A stretch of DNA of 64,000 nucleotides from Octopus sinensis (Eukaryota), in the NCBI RefSeq assembly GCF_006345805.1, contig NC_043015.1, forward strand, positions 45,136,001 through 45,200,000. The letters are read 5' to 3'. The notes beneath the pieces are model-generated. The model worked only from the letters and a program-made list of their open reading frames with translations, was not told where the DNA came from and made no database searches. Of this stretch, positions 60,601-64,000 are shown piece by piece. The position numbers and the translations under genes are program-made. Every line of letters begins with the position of its first letter. Position 1 is the stretch's first letter.

Positions 60601-62876
60601 TACTTACCACACAGCTACTCCTGCTAAAATATACTAAAAAGCTATGCCAATTATATATGTATGCATATATGTATACACTCACATACAGAATATTTTTTAC
60701 TTCAAATAATATTCTAACGATATATTTATTTTACCTGCTTCTAATCTTTCAGGTGCTCATCACATTGTAGATTCCAGTGAGTTTTCTTTCTTCACAGCAG
60801 CCGAAGGTGCAGTAAAACAAGGTAAACCTGGACGTTTTAATGTTCTTAGATGTTTCAACTATGAATCTTAGAATGTTAAGATGGATGAAATGCCGCTAAG
60901 CATGACAGACTTCTTTCAGTTTCTGTCTACTAAATTCATTCACAAATTCATTTTGTCAGCCCAGGGCTATAGTAGAAAACACTTGTCTATGGTGCCACAC
61001 AGTGGGACTGAACCCGGAACCATGTGGTTGGGAAGCAAGCTTCTTACCACACAGCCACGCCTGTTATTGTCATCATCATCATCATCATTTAACATGGATG
61101 AAATGCTACTAAGCATTACAGGCTTCTTTCAGTTTCCGTCTACTAAATTCATTTACAAGGATTTTGTCAGCCCTGGGCTATAGTAGAAAACACTTGCCTG
61201 TGGTGCCACACAGTGGGACTGAACCCAGAACCATGTGGTTGGGAAGCAAGCTTTTTACCACACAGCCATGCCTGCCCCTACTTGTTATTGTCATCATCAT
61301 CATTTAACGTCTGTTTTCCATGCTGTCATGGGTTGGACAGTTTGACAGGAGCTGACCAGCTGAAGGGCTGTTCGGGCTCCATGTCTGTTTCGGTATGGTT
61401 TCTATGGCCAGATGCCCTTCCTAACACCAACCCCTTTACAGAGTGTACTGGGTGTTTTTTATACAGCACTGGCATGGATGCTTTTTACGTGGCACTAGCA
61501 CCTATGAGCCCACTAGATTAGGGATGCTCAGCTGGAGATGGACGCAGGGGACAAGCTTGTACGCAAAGGTAACCACACTTCTACTTAGTTTGATGTGTCT
61601 TTTCAAGCACAGCAAACTGTCAGGAGTCTTGGTCTCCTGTCATCCCCTCTGTGGGTCCTGATGTCTGTAGATCCTTTCTCACCACATCTTCCTGGGTCTA
61701 CCCCTTCCACATGTTCTCTCTACAATTAGAGATCAACACCCCTTGATGCAATTACCTGGCCATACTAGCATAGTCTTCTCTCTTGCACACATTTGATGCT
61801 ACATATACCCAGTTTTGCTCTCAAATTGTTGTATGTGCCAGCATGGAAAGCAGATGTTAAACAATGATGATATGTGTGTGTGGCATGTAAAAAGCACCCA
61901 CTACACTCTCGGAGTGGTTGGCATTAGGAAGGGCATCCAGCTGTAGGACCTCTGCCAGATCAGATTAGAGCCTGGTGTAGCTATCTGGTTCGCCAGTCCT
62001 CAGTCGAATCGTCCAACCCATGCCAGCATGGAAAACACGTTAAACGATGATGATGATGATATATATATATATGTATGTATCGTTCATGTCCATGTGTCTC
62101 AAAATCTATATAACAAAGTGTCCTAAACAATACGATACTCAATTACCCATCCAGCAAAGCATACTCTTACTCTTTTACTCGTTTCAGTCATTTGACTGCG
62201 GCCATGCTGGAGCACCGCCTTTAATCAAGCAACTCGACCCTGGGTCTTATTCTTTTGTAAGCCCAGTACTTATTCTATCGTTCTCTTTTGCCGAACCGCT
62301 AAGTAACGGGGACATAAACACACCAGCATCGGTTGTCAAGCAATGTTGGGAGGACAAACGCAGACACATATATATATTACATATACACGACGGGCTTCTT
62401 TCAGTTTCCGTCTACCAAATCCACTCAAGGCTTTGGTCGGCCCGAGGCTAGAGTAGAAGACACTTGCCCAAGGTGCCACGCAGTGGGACTGAACCCGGAA
62501 CCATGTGGTTGGTAAACAAGCTACTTACCATACGGCTGCCTTCATTTCTTAGCATACCAGCTTCATTTCTTTGTCATGGTCTTATTTTTATGTTTAACAA
62601 ACTCTGGAATTCCAGTGTTGATTTTATTGCAATTCCTACTATTTATGTTTCACGTTCACTAATTCAAAACAGAAATATTATAATCACTTTTTTTTATTTT
62701 TTGTCATTTCTCAAGTATTTGAAGGTGGAAATTTTCAAATTTTGGAGCCCGTTATGTCTGTAGAAGTTGTCATTCCGTTTGAATATGAGAAAAATGTCAT
62801 GATTACTCTCCATCGGCGCCATGCTGTTGTTTTGGGAACAGATGCAAATGAAGGCTATACTATAATACAATGTGAG
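31813..62876 (+). CDS. GFM1: Elongation factor G1, mitochondrial; 19 exons in the window (693 codons), last exon(s) beyond the window end
   Basis: Presequence-like N-terminus, then [16 protein letters not shown] (G1), [75 protein letters not shown]. All introns are GT-AG with compatible phases. Confidence 0.97.
32760..32846. mobile_element. 87-bp GG-ended mini-MITE with 24-bp TIRs and an 8-bp TSD
   Basis: ggcgaaggtaaagaatatgcacac ... gtgtgcgtattctttactttcgcc; TSD catagttc / catacttc. Confidence 0.75.
34630..35428 (+). mobile_element. RTE-clade LINE 3' fragment, interrupted by the CRE-like fragments
   Basis: [14 protein letters not shown]-terminal RTE motif; gatgaagatgatg tail. Confidence 0.75.
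34935..35190. mobile_element. CRE-like retrotransposon fragments in opposite orientations
   Basis: The minus strand reads [22 protein letters not shown]...VAARNK (RLE endonuclease-like); the plus strand reads [19 protein letters not shown] (RT motif). Confidence 0.65.
35622..35675 (+). CDS. GFM1: GFM1 exon 2 ([18 protein letters not shown]), 54 nt
   Basis: Long polypyrimidine tract plus TAG, ATG|gtatgt donor, phase 0-0, open frame, YSS presequence-cleavage-like motif. Confidence 0.72.
35912..36102. repeat. Compound (TA)n/(TACATA)n microsatellite inside a SINE
   Basis: About 190 bp of TA-rich repeat; source of several spurious YI-rich ORFs. Confidence 0.95.
36309..36465. repeat. Inverted repeat element with ~45-bp arms
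   Basis: atttaggaatggtcattttgccagtttagccaataaaaa(a)cacacg and its reverse complement. Confidence 0.85.
37774..37893 (+). CDS. GFM1: GFM1 exon 3 ([40 protein letters not shown])
   Basis: P-loop G1 motif; AG/GT sites. Confidence 0.96.
37945..38276 (-). mobile_element. tRNA-derived SINE family E; second copy at 42636-42971 (-)
   Basis: Minus-strand head tggctcagtggttagagc...gagttcaattccc, then ttcttgagcaagaaactttatttcacgttgctccagt; the two copies align. Confidence 0.8.
39752..39884 (+). CDS. GFM1: GFM1 exon 4 ([30 protein letters not shown]...IIDTP)
   Basis: Switch I motif; AG/GT sites. Confidence 0.96.
39980..40360 (-). mobile_element. Old RTE ORF fragment
   Basis: Supplied ORF 40058..40285 contains SKTWAL...SMLHQIC...[21 protein letters not shown], a decayed RTE C-terminal domain. 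Confidence 0.65.
41306..41510 (+). CDS. GFM1: GFM1 exon 5 ([19 protein letters not shown]...[12 protein letters not shown])
   Basis: G3 and G4 motifs; AG/GT sites. Confidence 0.96.
43537..43653 (+). CDS. GFM1: GFM1 exon 6 ([15 protein letters not shown]...AVYFKEPM)
   Basis: In-frame translation; AG/GT sites. Confidence 0.94.
43730..44510 (+). mobile_element. RTE-clade LINE 3' end (degenerate ORF tail, repeat-containing 3' UTR, (GAT)n tail)
   Basis: Reads [47 protein letters not shown]. It is the longest copy of the family whose truncated 3' ends are scattered through the window. Confidence 0.85.
44735..44808 (+). CDS. GFM1: GFM1 exon 7 ([24 protein letters not shown])
   Basis: In-frame translation; AG/GT sites. 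Confidence 0.92.
45223..45299 (+). CDS. GFM1: GFM1 exon 8 ([26 protein letters not shown])
   Basis: In-frame translation; AG/GT sites. Confidence 0.93.
45532..46040. mobile_element. Tc1/mariner-superfamily (Tc2/pogo-like) non-autonomous element
   Basis: TA|CCATAAATCCTCGAGTAT ... ATACTTGAGGATTTATGG|TA; TA TSD. Confidence 0.8.
46343..46500 (+). CDS. GFM1: GFM1 exon 9 ([40 protein letters not shown]...)
   Basis: G5 region; AG/GT sites. Confidence 0.96.
47150..47992 (+). mobile_element. RTE LINE 3' end with an expanded 62-63-bp tandem array
   Basis: Five near-identical units at 47511-47820, then ...ttaggaagggcatccagctgtagaaac...catgctagcatggaaagcggacgttaaa(tga)n. Confidence 0.88.
47999..48381 (+). 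mobile_element. tRNA-derived SINE family B, full-length copy
   Basis: Near-identical to 2471-2875. Confidence 0.88.
48529..48610 (+). CDS. GFM1: GFM1 exon 10 ([27 protein letters not shown])
   Basis: [10 protein letters not shown] motif; AG/GT sites. Confidence 0.94.
49241..49378 (+). CDS. GFM1: GFM1 exon 11 ([15 protein letters not shown]...[11 protein letters not shown])
   Basis: Domain II motif; AG/GT sites. Confidence 0.96.
50837..50938 (+). CDS. GFM1: GFM1 exon 12 ([34 protein letters not shown])
   Basis: Branch-point-like tactaacag acceptor; gtaaga donor. Confidence 0.96.
52453..52835 (+). mobile_element. piggyBac-like MITE family 1, compound copy (partial copy plus full copy)
   Basis: Two left ends (52453 and 52621) and one right end (52835), each at a TTAA. 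Confidence 0.85.
53796..53990 (+). CDS. GFM1: GFM1 exon 13 ([13 protein letters not shown]...EDPT...[13 protein letters not shown])
   Basis: Domain III motif; AG/GT sites. Confidence 0.96.
54100..54141 (-). other. 42-nt perfect inverted copy of the GFM1 exon 16 3' end and splice donor (58447-58488)
   Basis: gctagatacctttttaatagctggtagataaggtcttggtac is the exact reverse complement of gtaccaagaccttatctaccagctattaaaaaggtatctagc. Confidence 0.95.
55187..55269 (+). CDS. GFM1: GFM1 exon 14 ([27 protein letters not shown])
   Basis: [10 protein letters not shown] motif; AG/GT sites. Confidence 0.95.
55478..56032 (+). mobile_element. Non-autonomous Helitron-like element
   Basis: 5' end A|TCaatatctataaagctgaa; 3' imperfect hairpin acctgagcgaagcatgggt followed by ...CTAG|T; no TSD. 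Confidence 0.55.
56963..57032 (+). CDS. GFM1: GFM1 exon 15 ([23 protein letters not shown])
   Basis: Domain IV loop motif; AG/GT sites. Confidence 0.95.
57384..57581. mobile_element. Mariner-like MITE remnant
   Basis: Inverted ends ctgaaaagttcctgg / ccaggaacttttcag; outer termini eroded. Confidence 0.6.
58387..58479 (+). CDS. GFM1: GFM1 exon 16 ([31 protein letters not shown])
   Basis: In frame, phase 0-0; TAG acceptor, AAG|gtatct donor. Confidence 0.93.
59063..59309. repeat. Foldback palindrome (~118-bp arms, 11-nt loop), probably a hairpin MITE
   Basis: 59063-59180 is the reverse complement of 59192-59309 with about 10 mismatches. Confidence 0.92.
59580..59655 (+). CDS. GFM1: GFM1 exon 17 ([25 protein letters not shown])
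   Basis: In frame; AG/GT sites. Confidence 0.93.
60753..60821 (+). CDS. GFM1: GFM1 exon 18 ([23 protein letters not shown])
   Basis: Domain IV HxVDS motif; AG/GT sites. Confidence 0.95.
62716..62876 (+). CDS. GFM1: GFM1 exon 19 ([21 protein letters not shown]...YTIIQCE)
   Basis: Domain V ILEP motif; AAG acceptor, gtaggt donor. Confidence 0.92.
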
Positions 62877-64000
62877 GTAGGTGTAATGTCACTCAGAATT
62901 CTCAACGTATTTTCACAATTCCTCTCTGTTTCTTTCTCTTAAGTTTCTATATTGTTTAAAGGAAACCTGATAGCATCCAGCTTTTTATCTCATATGTAAT
63001 GTTTATTTATTCACATTGTTTTGAATTAATTATCTATTATGTCATAAGCTCTGAAATTTTAACGATGTGATTGTTTTTTTTCGGAATGACATGGTAGGGA
63101 AGTTATGAGAGGCTAGGGCTGGTCAGTTTGAATATAAAACAAATAGAATATTTGGGGCCTGATAGGAATGGCTTAAATGCTAATGGGTTAGTCAAAGAAG
63201 GAACATCCTTGATCTTTTTGGGACCTCCCTGACTGGTGGGAAGAGAAGAAGAATCCATGCTATAAGAGTTACTAGTAGCAACTACTAAGTGCCTTGTAAA
63301 TTATCCAGCTGTGAGTTGCTTGGTCTCCTGTCATCCCCTCTGTGGGTCCTGATGTCTGTAGATCCTTTCTCACTACATCGTCCCACATCTTCCTGGGTCT
63401 ACCCCTTCCACATGTTCCCTGGTAAAAATGCTTATAAATAAGACAGCTCCTGGGGTATTATTCTTGAAGGCTAAGCCTGTCACATTGATGTTACAATCAC
63501 AAGCCTAACACCTTTATCACTAGGCCACACACCTTTACTTGATGAAATTCTTTAGATTTTTTTTCTCTTTCACTCTCTCCTTCCCTAGATTTCCCCTTCT
63601 CATTTTCTTTCTTTCTCTCACTATACCTCCCTCTGCTTCTCTGGAAACACTTTTTAATTCATAATAAAAATATTGAAAAAAAACAAAAAAAACCCCCAGC
63701 AATTATTAAACTGTATATATTTTACTTGTTTCAGTCATTATCTGTGGCCATGCTGGGGCACCACCTTGAATTTTTAGTTGAATTTTGTCTTGCACTTGGT
63801 GACCCTGTTAGTGCAAGAGCCACTTGAAAGCACCCAGTTCACACCGTAAAGTGGTTGGGGTTCAGAAGGGCTTCCAACTGCAAAAACCTTACCAAAACTG
63901 ACCTTGCCTGTGCCACATAAAAAAGCACGAAGTCCACTCTGCTGAGTGGTTGGTGTTAGGAAGGGCATCCAGCTGTACAGTCACAGAAGTCTGGTGCAGG

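Overview
AT-rich, intron-rich animal genomic DNA. The repeat families suggest an octopus or other coleoid cephalopod (inference). I reconstructed three spliced protein-coding genes by hand, all with GT-AG sites and consistent phases. (1) The last 8 exons of SND1/Tudor-SN on + (178-14262). (2) A two-exon Dlish/Vamana-like gene with two SH3 domains on - (28559-24118, 214 aa). (3) The first 19 coding exons of mitochondrial elongation factor G1, GFM1, on + (31813 to beyond the window end), divergent from the SH3 gene. Introns and spacers hold tRNA-derived SINEs, 5'-truncated RTE LINE 3' ends, one 2.4-kb CR1-like LINE, CRE-like retrotransposon fragments and several MITE families (8-bp-TSD GG-ended, piggyBac-like TTAA, TA-TSD, hAT), plus Helitron-like pieces. 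Most ORFs in the supplied track are spurious repeat or microsatellite ORFs. The most interesting feature is a non-repetitive 42-nt intronic segment (54100-54141). It is the perfect reverse complement of the end of GFM1 exon 16 plus its splice donor (58447-58488), 4.3 kb downstream. It is a candidate ADAR editing-complementary sequence or splice-masking hairpin. A-to-I editing there would change the genomic PAIKKG to the conserved EF-G-type PAVEKG.
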